NCBI RefSeq assembly: GCF_963921235.1
Contig: NC_086097.1
Coordinates: 80,168,001 to 80,232,000 of the forward strand
Reading direction: 5' to 3'
DNA from: Mobula hypostoma
Lineage: Eukaryota
Length of the DNA stretch: 64,000 nucleotides
The number at the start of each line of letters is the position of its first letter. Within the stretch, counting starts at the first letter, position 1. Of this stretch, positions 27,001 through 39,799 are shown piece after piece. The position numbers and the translations under genes are program-made. The notes beneath the pieces are model-generated. The model was not told the origin of the DNA and did no database searches. It was given only the letters and a program-made list of their open reading frames with translations.

Positions 27001-27139
27001 GGTCCTGATCTTTCCAAAGGGTGTCGATCCGAAAGGTTGACTTTACTCTTTTCCATAGATGCTGCCTGGCCTGCTGAGTTCCTCCAGCATTTTGTGTGTG
27101 TTGCTTGGACTTCCAGCATCCACAGATTTTCTCTTGTTT
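27001..27139 (+). mobile_element. PLE terminus-derived short element with a disrupted hammerhead core
   Basis: GGTCCTGA[TCTTTCC]AAAGGGTGTCGATCCGAAAGGTTGAC followed by GATGCTGCCTGGCCTGCTGAGTTCCTCCAGCA. Confidence 0.7.
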
Positions 27140-27709
27140 TTCATCATGTCGGCTGTGTTTGAAGGTTTCAAAGGGAATTCTTTGTGGAGTTGAGTAGTGA
27201 AGCAAGGCTCATTGAAAATCCCCAGCATTAAAGATGAGCAAACTAACTCTCCAGTCCTGAGCCAATCTGATTAGACAGAAGATCGACTACTCCACAAACT
27301 TCGACAGGAACTCATGGCCTACCAAATAGATAAGTCTTTGTTGTTATTTTTCTTCACCTTAATGATTTTAATATATTGCATCACTTTAAGAACTATTTTT
27401 AAGTATGTTGTATTTTTAAATTTCAGTCAGTTATGGTTATTCCACTCATAAATTCCCAATTTAGCTGTGTATGAATACCCATAGGGGATGTTTTGTAAGG
27501 GCTACCGCTTTCTCCATTACATTTGCCATTGCCTACTGAGGTTTCATTAGTATACCTGGGACCCACCTGATGCCAAGGCCTTGTTATACCTTATCATTTG
27601 TTGCTTGGTTAGCAGGATCAGGTTCCTGCATCTGATCCAGCTGCAAACCAGATGTAAGTCCACCTCAATTTATCCCAATGAGTTCTTCCTCTCTGGATAT
27701 AGAATTGCA

Positions 27710-28610
27710 CAACTATATTACATTGCAATTGTATAAAACTTTGATTGAGCCACATTTGGAATACTGGGTGCAGTTCTGGTCACTGCATTAGAAGATGTGG
27801 GGATTTGGAGAGGGAACAGAAGAGGTGTTGTCTGAATTAGATTAGATTAAGAGGACACTCAGTCCTCATTTATTGTCATTTAGAAATGCATGCATGCATT
27901 AAGTAATGATACAATGTTCCTCCAGAGTGATATCACAAAAAAAACAGGACAAACCAAAGACTAACACTGACAAGACCACATAATTATAACATATAGTTGC
28001 AGCAGTGCAAAGCAATACCATAATTTGATAAAGAGCAGACCATGGGCACAGTAAAAAAAAGTCTCAAAGTTCCAATCGACTCCCGATAGTCCCCAATAGC
28101 AGGCGGCAGTGGGAGAAACTCTCCCTGCCATAAACCTCCAGGTGCCGACAACTGTCAATGCATTGGAAGCACCCGACCACAGTCGACTCTGAGTCCATCT
28201 GAAAATTAGAAAGCATTAATTATGAAGAGAATTTGGACAGACTGGGTTCTTTTCTCTGGAGCATTGGAAACTGAAGGGCAATCTGACAGAAGCGTATAAA
28301 ATCATAAGAGACATAGATAGAGTAGATAGTCAGAATTATTTTTCCTTCAGTAGAAATGTCAAATATGAGAGGCTTTATGGTGAAGGGGGATGTTTAAAGG
28401 AGATTTACAAGGCAAGTATTTTACAAAGAGATTTGTAGTGGTGGAATACAATAGCGACATTTAAGAGGCATTTAAAAAGGCATATAAATAGGCAGGGAAC
28501 GGAGGAACGTGGACCATATGCAAGTAGACAGGGTTAATTTTGATTGGCATCAGGATCAGCACAGACAAAGGGTCCAAAGGGCCTTTTCCTGAATTGCATT
28601 GTCCTGGATT
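27710..28610 (+). mobile_element. Old CR1 3' fragment interrupted at ~27841-28203 by a minus-strand non-autonomous Rex-tailed element
   Basis: LYKTLIEPHLEYWVQFWS and a CR1 tail; the insert is flanked by ATTAGA on both sides. Confidence 0.7.
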
Positions 28611-29191
28611 CTCAAACTCTCAAGCAAAAAGAAAAACAATGAAATCTTATAATTGACTTTTAATATTATTAGTTATGATGAGGCTTTGTTTTTATAACAG
28701 TACATTCATATTAAATGCAGATTCTTCACCCTTGCTGCAGATTGATCTATTGAGTAGCTCATTTTATTAGGTAATGAAACCTTAGAAATTTATTGAAAAT
28801 AAGCTATTGTTCAACACTCTCCACCCTCTAAAATACTGATGAGCTCAGTTTTTTTCTGGTGGGAAAAATTGATGAGACGTGGCTGTCTACTCCCCCGGCA
28901 TAGATTTTATTGTCAGTTATATCGTATTTTTTTTTCTGCATTGACCTTCCTGCAGTATTGGAACGCCAGCCTCTAGAAATTTGTTTTTGGAGGAAGATAG
29001 AAAGTGGTTTTAGGGTCAGAAGTCTGGAGAAGCTTAAAAGGAAAGGGAACCACAGAGATATAGGAGCATTAAAAGCCAGTGAAGTTTGAGGGCATAAACA
29101 AAGATGTCCTCTTTTCTAACAATTGCCAATCCTACTTATTGACCTTATTTTACAAAAATTACAATTTTCCTAATAGGTGAGATCGACTGAT

Positions 29192-29336
29192 TGCAAAGTT
29201 GCTGGTGAATGCAGCAGGCCAGGCAGCATCTCTAGGAAGAGGTACTGTCGACGTTTCAGGCCGAGACCCTTGACGAAGCAACTTTGATGTGTATTGCTTG
29301 AATTTCCAGCATCTGCAGAATTCCTGTTTGCGTTTT
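29192..29336. mobile_element. Collapsed palindromic PLE-terminus derivative
   Basis: CAAAGTTGCTGGTG...GTCGACGTTTCAGGCCGAGACCCT, then an orientation switch to TGACGAAG-CAACTTTGATGTG...CTGCAGAATTCC. Confidence 0.8.
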
Positions 29337-30689
29337 TAAGATGGACTGATTTTGTGCTTTTCGCAGTGAACATCACTGCAGCAATTACTGACCCCTCAGG
29401 CTTGCTGTTGTCACCTCATTTAAATACAGTTGCCCATATTCATGTGTCTGCTTCTGACCTCCTTTGGAAATGATCTCTAATTCAGTTTGAAAATGGCAGC
29501 ACTTAACTGTGAGAGGTGCCCATTCAGTTTCCTACTATTCAATCCATTCAGCGAGCAGGAAAATGGAGGAAGAGGCCTAATGAGTTAGTGAATCGAACAA
29601 AATGTGCAATAGCAGTGACTGCTAATACCTTTAGCTAAAACTATCAACTTCTGGAGCCCACTGAATACTTTAATTGGCTGTGTTCACTCTGAAACTACTT
29701 GAAAGCATGAAAGGAGCACTACTTAAATACAGCAGCTTCATTTAGGATACTATTACCCTTCATCTAGACAATTAAGAGACAATAGTTTTTTTACACATTA
29801 TAATTTTTCCATAGCTAATATTTTATTCCATTCATTTAGTTGAGATTAATTGAAATAATGAGAGGAATGCCTAGGGCTCCAAATAGCTATCAAAAATTTC
29901 CTCTGACATTATCGGCACTGCGATTGCCCTTCTATAATTCATCGGTTCAGCAAACATTTTTCACTTAATGTTTCAGCATAACTGATCACAGCAGTGTGGT
30001 TTAGAAGGCTTCATGAACAGTCTACTGTCTCTGGAGAATTTTGACTTGCTATATGCTGTTGGCCGATGTATGCAAGTACACAAGGCTTAACAGGGTTAAG
30101 AACATCTCAAAATGATCAAATAGTACTTTTAATTTAAAAAAGGAATCATAAGGAGATAGTGGAGTGTCCTGTATTCCAATGACAAATTATTTTAAAGAAA
30201 GAGATTGTTCACACAGTAGGTGACAAATCTAATGTACTTCACTATATTGATGAAGAATACAGGTTCATTCTAATTCACACTTAATGAGTTCCAATCTCAG
30301 TTGACCTGTGGTGCTGAGTCAATGGAAAGGTGACCCTTTCTTCTCATAGAAACAAAATGAAAATTGAAGAGTAGGCAACAGATCCACTAACAGCTGGTCT
30401 GTGACTGGTATTAGCTGTGGTCTGGAAAGAGCTTCAGGACTGATAGCTTAAAAATAGACACAGGCATAAGTACTCTGCAAAGGCTCTACTGGAAAGGAAA
30501 GGAAGTAAATATCTTTGATACATGGGCAGAAAGTATCACTGTTAATGGATTTCAGTTTTGATTGAAATGTAAAAGATAAATTTAATGGAGCCATTAGACT
30601 TAAACAATATGGAAATGGGCTCTTCAGCCCATTTAATCTAATCACAATTTTAAAATTCTCTGCATGTTCCTCTTTTCCTACCAGATTCT

Positions 30690-30800
30690 ACCAGTCGTGA
30701 GATGAAACCCATACAGTCACGGGAAGAAGCTTCTCAAAGTCCACACGAGAGATCAGGATTGAAGTTTGGGCACTACAGCTACAAGGCACAACTGTACCAG
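30690..30800 (-). mobile_element. Degenerate V-SINE / HE1-like tRNA-derived SINE
   Basis: Reverse complement resembles the V-SINE core (GTGGA..TTG...TTCTTCCCGTGACTGTATGGGTTTC). Confidence 0.5.
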
Positions 30801-31010
30801 CTGCAAAGCTGTGCCATTCTGAAAGGTTCTTATTCCCATCTACAAAAGTATTGCAGTGTATGTGATAATTGTTCAAATATTGCAAGAACATTGAAAGTAA
30901 ACTTTCTTAGATGAGCAAACAAGAGGAATTCTGCAGATGCTGGAAATTCAAGCAACGCACATCAAAGTTGCTGGTGAACGCAGCAGGCCAGGCAGCACCT
31001 CTAGGACGAG

Positions 31011-31056
31011 GTACAGTCAACGTTTCAGGCCAAGACCCTTCGTCAGGACTAACTGA
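31011..31056 (-). ncRNA. Second PLE hammerhead copy, partly decayed
   Basis: AGUC-CUGACGA-AGGGUCUUGGCCU-GAAA-C-GUU^GACU: cores intact, with a GUU triplet and a G-U pair closing stem II (CpG-type transitions). Confidence 0.65.
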
Positions 31057-31348
31057 AGGAAGAGTTAGTGAAAGATTTGAAAGTGGGAGGGGGAGGGGGA
31101 GATCCAAAATGATAGGAGAAGACAGGAGGGGGAGGGATGGAGCCAAGAGCTGGACAGGTGATAGGCAAAAGGGATATGAGAGGATCATGGGACAGGAGGC
31201 CCAGGGAGAAGGAAAAGGGGGAGGGGGGGAAACCCAGAGGATGGGCAAGGGGGATAGTCAGAGGGACAGAGGGAGAAAAGGGAGAGTGAGAGAAAGAAAG
31301 TGTGTATAAAAATAAATAACGGATGGGGTACGAGGGGGAGGTGGGGCA

Positions 31349-32086
31349 TTAGCAGAAGTTAGAGAAGTCAATGTTCATGCCATCAGGTTGGAGGCTACCC
31401 AGATGGAATATAAGGTGGTGTTCCTCCAACCTGAGTGTGGCTTCATCTTTACAGTAGAGGAGGCCGTGGATAGACATGTCAGAATGGGAATGGGATGTGG
31501 AATTAAAATGTGTGGCCACTGAGAGATCCTGCTTTCTCTGGTGGACAGAGCGTAGGTGTTCAGCAAGACGGTTTCCCAGTCTGCGTCGGGTCTCGCCAAT
31601 ATATAAAAGGCCACATCGGGAGCACCGGACGCAGTATATCACCCCAGCCGACTCACAGGTGAAGTGTCGCCTCACTTGGAAGGACTGTCTGGGGCCCTGA
31701 ATGGTGGTAAGCGAGGAAGTGTAAGGGCACGAATAGCACTTGTTCCGCTTACAAGGATAAGTGCCAGGAGGGAGATCAGTGAGGAGGGATGGGGGGGACG
31801 AATGGACAAGGGAGTCGTGTAGGGAGCGATCTCTGTGGAAAGTGGGGGGGGGAGGGAAAGATGTGCTTAGTGGTGGGATCCCGTTGGAGGTGGCGGAGTT
31901 ACGGAGAATAATATGTTGGATCCGGAGGCTGGTGAGGTTGTAGGTGAGGACGAGGGGAACCCTATTCCTAGTGGGGTGGCGGGAGGATAGAGTGAGAGCA
32001 GATGTGCGTGAAATGGGGGAGATGCGTTTGAGAGCAGAGTTGATGGTAGAGGAAGGGAAGCCCCTTTCTTTAAAAAAGGAGGACAT
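31349..32086 (-). pseudogene. PLE ORF C-terminus: RT-thumb linker, Cys-rich linker and GIY-YIG endonuclease
   Basis: RVPLVLTY, PCKRNKCYSC, GVIYCVRCSRCGLLYIGETRRRLGNRLAEH, VATHFN, LGSLQPDGMN. A short compensated frameshift at ~31845-31900 hides RHLQRDPTTKHIFPSP in another frame. Confidence 0.9.
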
Positions 32087-32353
32087 CTTCCTCGTCCTGG
32101 AATGAAAAGCCTCATCCTAGGAGCAGATGCGGTGGAGACGGAGGAATTGCGAGAAGGGGATGGCGGAGACAGAGGAATCGCGAGAAGGGGATACTTCTGA
32201 TGCTTAGATGAGCATCAGAAGGCTTGGTGATGACACAATATTATGATATATTTATGTGCCAACACACACAGTGACTTTATTTTAATCAGAACTAGCTTAA
32301 GATCAAGTAGGCAAATGACAGCAAACAGATATTATTTCAAAACTGTCAGAAGG

Positions 32354-33263
32354 TGTCATGGTCCGGTCCGTAAAGTCTGCAATCCAGTTCATGGTCTGGT
32401 CCATCAATCTGTATTCCAGGTTTTCTTGTTTTCCCCATTTCTGTTGGGTGCTCTAATTGAGGCACATGTTTCTTGTTTGGGCAGACACATAAACACCTCT
32501 GGAGACCAGGGCTTTGCTGTGGGATTGTTCCTGTCCAACTCCCTTCTCTGCCCCTGCCTCCTGAAGTCTTGCCCTGCAACTAGTGTCTGGAGCCTTGCAC
32601 TGTCTCTGTGTCCATGCCTTTGCCAGGTAGGTCTGGTTGTTTGCTGCTACCTAGTGTTGGGTACTGTCTCTGTGTCCAAGTCTTTGTTAGGTAGGTCTGG
32701 CTGTTTGCTGCTACCTAGTGTTAGGCACTGTCTTGTTGTGTTCAGCATTCTGTGTATGAGCCCTGGCCCTATGTCCCATTCCCAAGGAGGAGTCCTGTCT
32801 GTCCCTCGACCCCGGGCCCTGCGTCCCTGTCTGTCCCTCGACCCCGGGCCCTGCGTCCCTGTCTGTCCCTCGACCCCGGGCCCTGCGTCCCTGTCTGCCC
32901 CTCGACCCCGGGCTGTCTTCACCTAGTTCTGGAGACCGAGCTTGAGTCAAGACCCAGGTTCTGGGTCCTTGTCCAGTCTCTGGCTCAGAGTCTGAACCCA
33001 AGCCTCGTCATGTCCTTGCCTCAAGGAACCCAAGCCATGTCTAGTCTTGTAGCCACGTCATGTCCTCGCCTAGATCTGGGGTCTGAGCCCGAGTCAAGAC
33101 CCAGGTTTCGGGTCTTTGTCCAGTCTCTGGCTCGGAGTCCTTGTCCAGGTTCCAAGTTCCTAGTTCTTTGTCCAGGTCCTGCATTCCTAGTCAAGTCCTA
33201 GTTCCTAGTACTTCAGGGTCTGTGTCTTGCATTTGGGTCTGCTCTCAGTGCCCCACTATGACA
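32354..33263 (+). mobile_element. Solo LTR (910 bp) with a 5-bp TSD
   Basis: TGTCAT...ATGACA termini; GAAGG at 32349-32353 and 33264-33268; contains internal duplications. Strand is inferred. Confidence 0.9.
32794..32913. repeat. 32-bp GC-rich minisatellite, about 3.75 copies, inside the solo LTR
   Basis: Unit CCTGTCTGTCCCTCGACCCCGGGCCCTGCGTC, repeated head-to-tail and nearly perfect. Confidence 0.95.
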
Positions 33264-35014
33264 GAAGGTTTTCAACTGAAACATTAACTCCATTTTTTTT
33301 CTACAGATGCTGCCTAAACTGCTGGTGTTTTCAGCATTTTCAGTTTTTATTTCAGATTTCTGGCATCTTCAGTATTCTGATAGAAATTAATCATTACACT
33401 CAAAGATGAAAAGGTAATGAATAAGTAACCCTTTGCTTTGGCATAAACCAAGAGTTTATAATTCAATGAATAACACAAAATACCCAGATAACCATCAGAG
33501 AGCTAATCAACTTTTAATGTCTGAGTGATTTATTACACAATTGGCAATTTTAGCAGATATGAGGAGCAGCTCTGCCAAGAAGACAGCTCAAATAATTCCC
33601 TAAAATATGAAAAACACATCTTTTAAAATAAAACAATACCTGAATATCTATTAACCTTATTTGCAACTTAATTGTATTTCAGGTGTCCTTAATTTCTTTC
33701 CAGTGTGTTTGTGGTTCTTATGTACCAACTTGCTTCCTGGCTGTGGCATCATTCAGCAAAAGGTTACAATTCATCACTAGAAAGCTCTTGACAGATGATT
33801 TGCACTAAAGAAAATTTTAAAGTGATAAAATAATTTTCATCTGGTTCTTGGTTTTGCTGAAAATTTCTGCTTATTAATTATTAGTATTTTTCTTTAAGTT
33901 TATCCTCAGTTGTTCTTTTAACAGCTAAAAAGGAAATGAAAAAGTTGCATGCAAATTACAATAGGTGATTGTTATTATTTAATTTATGACTCTTTGAAGA
34001 TTATTGAATGTCAGGATTGATTTAAGCACAACAGGTTGGGTTATGTTATATACTATGAAACCTCAAGTGAAATCGGATCTTAGATGATGATAAGCGGTGA
34101 TGACTATTGGCAGGTTACTTTGCCTGTGCTTGAAGATTTGACCAATCGCACTCCAGTGTGAGGCACACTTATGCATCTGATGCTCTATCAACACACCACA
34201 ATCGCCCATCAGACCTCATCTGGTGGTATCAAAGTTTGCGACAGTGGACCCATGAGTGGAGAAATCAACAATGTGCTTGCAATGGCTTTATAGTATTTCT
34301 TTAGTAGCATACAATAATCTTGTGATTTTACCTGAACACCGACAGATAATTGTTTCAAAGCATAATACCACTCTGCTAATAATCATTGAAATGTCATTTG
34401 GTCATCTTGTAATAGCAGTGACTTTGGCTGAAGGTATCATCAGTTTGAAGGTTAAAGAATGAGATTTAATTTGTCACTTCTGAATTGTCATATGCTTTAA
34501 AGAAATCATAATCTAATATATTTTCTCTAGATGGTAAGAAACTAATTTTAGTGAGCTGGCTAGACAATTTAAATCATTCACAGGAGGATGAACTTATGAA
34601 GGAGTTGTCTGAGTTATAGAGTGGCAAATAATATTTATTCCTTGAAGTGCAGAAGGGAACTGTCAATTACTGCAAAATTAGTATCTGATTTCCATGATTT
34701 TGTGATTAAACAGAAGTTCCTTCCTCTTCAAATGTATAATAGTACACATTGGGAAGGATGTGTTGTATTTACGCCCCAAAACCAGGGCCTTCTGAAGTCT
34801 AACAATTACGAAACTGCTAAACTGTTTTATGGTCTATCCATATTATATAAAATAAATTGATTGTCCAACTGAACAAACCTTTATTTGATCATACCAACTT
34901 TTTTGCTGGCTAATGATGCCACTGTCCTTCATGGGAGCCTGAACTTAAAAACTGGAGACATATATTTCATTGGGTGAAAGTGTTTTGCCTTTGAATAACC
35001 TTGCCTGAATGTCA

Positions 35015-35190
35015 AAAAAAAACTCCCGGAGGAACTCAGCATGTTAAGCAGCATCTGTGGAGGCAAAGGGATGCAAATTCTCAGATAACAGTTGACTATT
35101 CCTTTGCCTCCACAAATTCTGGCTGACCCACTAAATTCCTCCAGCAGTTTGTTTTTTTTAACTTCAGGTTCTGGCATCTGCAGTCTCTAG
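35015..35190. mobile_element. Older palindromic PLE-terminus derivative
   Basis: GGAGGAACTCAG..CAGCATCTGTGGAGGCAAAGGGAT is inverted against ATTCCTTTGCCTCCACAAATTCTG..AATTCCTCC. Confidence 0.7.
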
Positions 35191-36311
35191 TGGCTTCACT
35201 TGGCCAAAAGTCAGGCTGGAGCAAGTCGTTTGACCCTATCATGATTTCCTTTTGTAAATAGATCTTTGTTCCTCTGTGCACACAGCCTTTAAATCTCAGC
35301 AGGTGTAAACGTAACATCTGTGCACAAAGTTAGTCAATTTGACAGACCTTGTTCTGTTTGGAATTTTGAATATCACAATTCTTAAGCTTTGAAAGAGAAG
35401 TTATATTGAACAAATTAATATCATACACATTCCTGGGAGGAGCAACTGTGGAAATGTAGCATAAGACCTTTCACATTACTGTACTATGGTTTTTTATAAA
35501 TAGCCGTTAGATGTTTGCAGTTTGTTGCTCATTAGAATACATCTTTAATCATCAAACTAATTGGGCATCAATAATATTCATGGCAACATGATGGACCTAC
35601 ATTTAGATTTCTTGTTCGTCTTTTGATGGTTGGGTGCATCAGACATTGACAAGTTGCCAGCATCCGAACTATTCAAGGTGGCTGCAAAACTTGGGCTATA
35701 ACTGTATCTTTACAATTTTTATCCTTTCCCCACCAATCATGCTCATATATCATTGATACTAATGTGATGTTTTCAAATGAAGGTGAATTTGAAATAGTAC
35801 CATACAGAGAAAATTCTTGTTTGGGGTACTGGGTGGATGAGGCATGGTATGGTAATGAGCAGTCATTAATCATTGCTTTTCAGGAGGACTGAACACAATG
35901 TTATCTCATTTCAGAAGAATCCAGCAAATAATGGGCTGCTATTGCACTTCCTCAGTTTTACAAAAAAAGATTAGGAATTAACTAAGGGAGTGTCAAATGG
36001 GTATATTTCAAGAAAAAATTGGGAATTGGATTGAGTTATATACCTCAAATAATTAATCTACAATACATGCATATCAATTTTGTGGAAGAAAAATAGTGAT
36101 AATTTGTGCCAATGATGTGTACCCATGTGCTTGTTACTCATCTGGATAGCTTGTCACACACATTTCTGAATTGTCCATTGAAATCTGCCAACAACACACC
36201 CAAAGAGCGTGAATTCAATATCAAGTAAGTACTTTATTTACATTGCTTTATTATTAATTAGTGCTCCACCAGCAATGTTTGCATTGATGTAACCCTATAT
36301 TACACTATCAG

Positions 36312-36660
36312 AAATAGAGAGCAGAACTAAACCATTTGGCCCAGCAAGTCTGCCCCGCCATTCCATCATAACTGACTCATTATCACTCTCAATCCCATCC
36401 TCCTGCCTTCTCTCCCTAACCTTTGATACCCTGACTAAGCAGGAACCTATCAATCTCTGCCTTAAATATACTCAATGTCTTGGCCTCCAGAGCTGTCTGT
36501 AGCAATGAATTTCATAAATTCGTTACCCTCTAGCTAAAGAAGTTCCTCCTTATCTGTTGTATATTGAAACCTCTCTATCCTGAGGCTGTGCCCTCTGGTC
36601 TTAGACTCTCCCACTATAGGAAACATTATCTCTGCATCTACTCTATCTACCTTCAACATA
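36312..36660 (-). mobile_element. CR1 3' fragment
   Basis: Homologous to the CR1 tails at 14058-14420 and 50110-51030. Confidence 0.8.
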
Positions 36661-37262
36661 ATATACGGAGTACAACACACAACATTATACTGGTAAGGGA
36701 TGGACAGCTACCCTGGGTGACAGCTACATGAAACCAACAGTAAAAGAACGAAGTGCAGCTCATATGTAGCCAAATGGCCTGTTTCCATGCTGAAACGACC
36801 ATGTAACAATGTAAGAAGCCCAAAGTGAATGAAACCAATCTGGTATTGTCTGAGCAGTGTCAGTTCATTGATGGGTTTAATGATGCACAGAGATCATTTA
36901 GATTGAGGAATCGTACAAGATAGCATTCAAGAACAGCTCCTAACTGAAGCACAACTTGCATATAAAAGACCCGTTGAAATCATTGTGTCAATGGAGACAC
37001 AAATGAGTTGCAGACAGCAATGAAAGTGAGGATGATCAAAATTGCAACATCTAAACAGGAACCTGCTTGGCTGAACAAATTCTGTCACTGTTGTGACAGG
37101 AGCTCACATACACCAGACCAATGCAGATTTAAAGCTAACCTTGCAGAAAATGCAACAAAGTAGGACAGATACAAAAAGCATGTCAGGCAGACAAGAATTA
37201 ATGAATTACACAGGGAAGAGTTGAAGATAAAAAAAAATCAGATTGCAGTTTCAAAGAGCAGT

Positions 37263-39027
37263 TTAAGGGGGAGCAAGGACAGGGCAGACCAATTGAATAA
37301 CTACTTTGGTTTTGACTTCACTAAGGAGGACATAAATAATCTTCCGGAAATAGTAGGGGACAGAGGGTCCAGTGAGATGGAGGAACTGAGCGAAATGCAT
37401 GTTAGTAGGGAAGTGGTGTTAGGTAAATTGAAAGGATTAAAGGCAGATAAATTCCCAGGGCCAGATGGTCTGCATCCCAGAGTGCTTAAGGAAGTAGCCC
37501 AAGAAATAGTGGATGCATTGGTGATAATTTTTCAAAACTCCTTAGATTCTGGACTAGTTCCTGAGGATTAGAGGGTGGCTAATGTAACCCCACTTTTTAA
37601 AAAAGGAGGGAGAGAGAAACCGGGGAATTATAGACCGGTTAGCCTAACATCGGTGGTGGGGAAAATGCTAGAGTCAGTTATCAAAGATGTGATAACAGCA
37701 CATTTGGAAAGCGGTGAAATCATCGGACAAAGTCAGCATGGATTTGTGAAAGGAAAATCATGTCTGACAAATCTCATAGAATTTTTTGAGGATGTAACTA
37801 GTAGAGGGGATAAGGGAGAACCAGTGGATGTGGTATATTTGGATTTTCAAAAGGCTTTTGACAAGGTCCCACACAGGAGATTAGTGTGCAAACTTAAAGA
37901 CCATGGTATTGGGGGTAAGGTATTGATGTGGATAGAGAATTGGTTAGCAGACAGGAAGCAAAGAGTGGGAATAAACGAGACCTTTTCAGAATGGCAGGCA
38001 GTGACTAGTGGGGTATCACAAGGCTCAGTGCTGGGACCCCAGTTGTTTACAATATATATTAATGACTTAGATGAGGGAATTAAATACAGCATCTCCAAGT
38101 TTGTGGATGACACGAAGCTGGGCGGCAGTGTTAGCTGTGAGGAGGATGCTAAGAGGATGCAGGGTGACTTGGATAGGTTGGGTGAGTGGGCAAATTCATG
38201 GCAGATGCAATGTAATGTGGATAAATGTGAGGTTATCCACTTTGGTGGCAAAAACAGGAAAACAGATTATTATCTGAATGGTGGCCAATTAGGAAAAGGG
38301 GAGGTGCTATGAGACCTGGGTGTCATTATACACCAGTCATTGAAAGTGGGCATGCAGGTACAGCAGGTGGTGAAAAAGGCAAATGGTATGCTGGCATTCA
38401 TAGCAAGAGGATTCGAGTACAGGAGCAGGGAGGTACTACTGCAGTTGTACAATGCCTTGGTGAGACCACACCTGGAGTATTGTGTGCAGTTTTGGTCCCC
38501 TAATCTGAGGAAAGACATCCTTGCCATAGAGGGAGGACAAAGAAGGTTCACCAGATTGATTCCTGGGATGGCAGGACTTTCGTATGATGAAAGACTGGAT
38601 CGACTAGGCTTATACTCGTTGGAATTTAGAAGATTGAGGGGGATCTTATTGAAATGTATAAAATTCTAAAGGGATTGGACAGGCTAGATGCAGGATGATT
38701 GTTCCTGATGTTGGGGAAGTCCAGAACGAGGGGTCACAGTCTGAGGATAAAGGGGAAGCCTTTTAGGACCGAGATTAGGAAAAACTTCTTCACATAAAGA
38801 GTGGTGAATCTGTGGAATTTTCTGCCACAGGAAACAGTTGAGGCCAGTTCATTGGCTATATTTAAGAGGGAGTTAGATATGGCCCTTGTGGCTAAAGGGA
38901 TCAGGGGGTATGGAGGGAAGGCTGGTACAGGGTTCTGAGTTGGATGATCAACCATGATCATACTGAATGGCGGTGCAGGCTCGAAGGGCCGAATGGCCTA
39001 CTCCTGCACCTATTTTCTACGTTTCTA
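37263..39027 (+). mobile_element. CR1 LINE, 5'-truncated, well-preserved RT
   Basis: PGPDGLHPRVLKE, NYRPVSLTS, LDFQKAFDKVPH, QGSVLGPQLF, KFVDDTK; CR1 tail. Confidence 0.95.
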
Positions 39028-39799
39028 ATCTGCATTAGGTGATGAAAAAATCTAATAATGATGACAGTGTCACGGTCATGGGTAGCCTTGAGACTTATTA
39101 TATGAAAACTAACAATACACAAGCAATATGGCTTACACTAGAAATGAATGGCAAATTAATTGGAGTGGAATTGGACACTGGCTCGGCTGCTCCAGTCATT
39201 CCACAAAATGAGTTTGAGCGGTATTTCAGAGATACTGAACTGAAGCCTACAGATATCCACTGAGAACTTGTACTGGAGAAAAGATAATTCTTGTGGGAAT
39301 GACATTCGTAACAGTGAAGTACAACTAATAAGCCACATTGGGCTTGTATGTGGTAAAAACAGTGGGGGGGGGGTGGCAAAAATTGTGGGACCGTAAGTAG
39401 CTGAGACAACTTCAATTGGATTGGAGATCCATCCACCATTTGTATGTTTCATCCCCTGCTACAGAGCCAAATGAAAGTGAATGGGACAATTTAAAGTTTA
39501 CTATGCTGTGGATGTCCATATAGTAGCTGTATTACACACACACACAAACGTTATGTATATGTTCATAAGTTGAGGTGCATTCTACATTGAGTTGAAGTTT
39601 TTAGCTAGGCAGGGAGGAGTGTTGTGCATTTAATATTTTGGTAATGTTTGAGTAAACATTGTAAACATTTTGTTTAATTAGGCATACCTTGTTGCTTATA
39701 TAATTAATTACAGGTTATACATAAAATACATGAATAACATACATTATGACGCCACTATGCCATAGGCGCCCAGCTCACTAAAGTAAAAATGAAGCCTAA

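Larger units (their letters stand above)
30918..32202 (-). mobile_element. Neptune-type Penelope-like element, 5'-truncated, with a 12-bp TSD
   Basis: GIY-YIG ORF plus a 3' terminus containing a hammerhead. CTTAGATGAGCA occurs at 30906-30917 and 32203-32214. Confidence 0.92.

Noticed and set aside
27001..27045. Additional functional hammerhead
   Set aside because: The CUGANGA box is interrupted and stem II is mismatched. The cores at ~2945, ~29270 and ~43480 are likewise broken.
32794..32913. 32-bp repeats as a CRISPR array
   Set aside because: Head-to-tail units with no spacers, inside a eukaryotic LTR; no cas genes.
32243..33201. Long ORFs (227 aa, 149 aa) as genes
   Set aside because: They are low-complexity read-throughs of the GC-rich solo LTR and its minisatellite.
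34084..34180. C/D box snoRNA (ATGATGA...CTGA)
   Set aside because: No convincing terminal stem or recognisable rRNA guide; the motifs are expected by chance.
36149..36229. Candidate exon ending in a GTAAGT donor
   Set aside because: Weak acceptor and unrecognised peptide.
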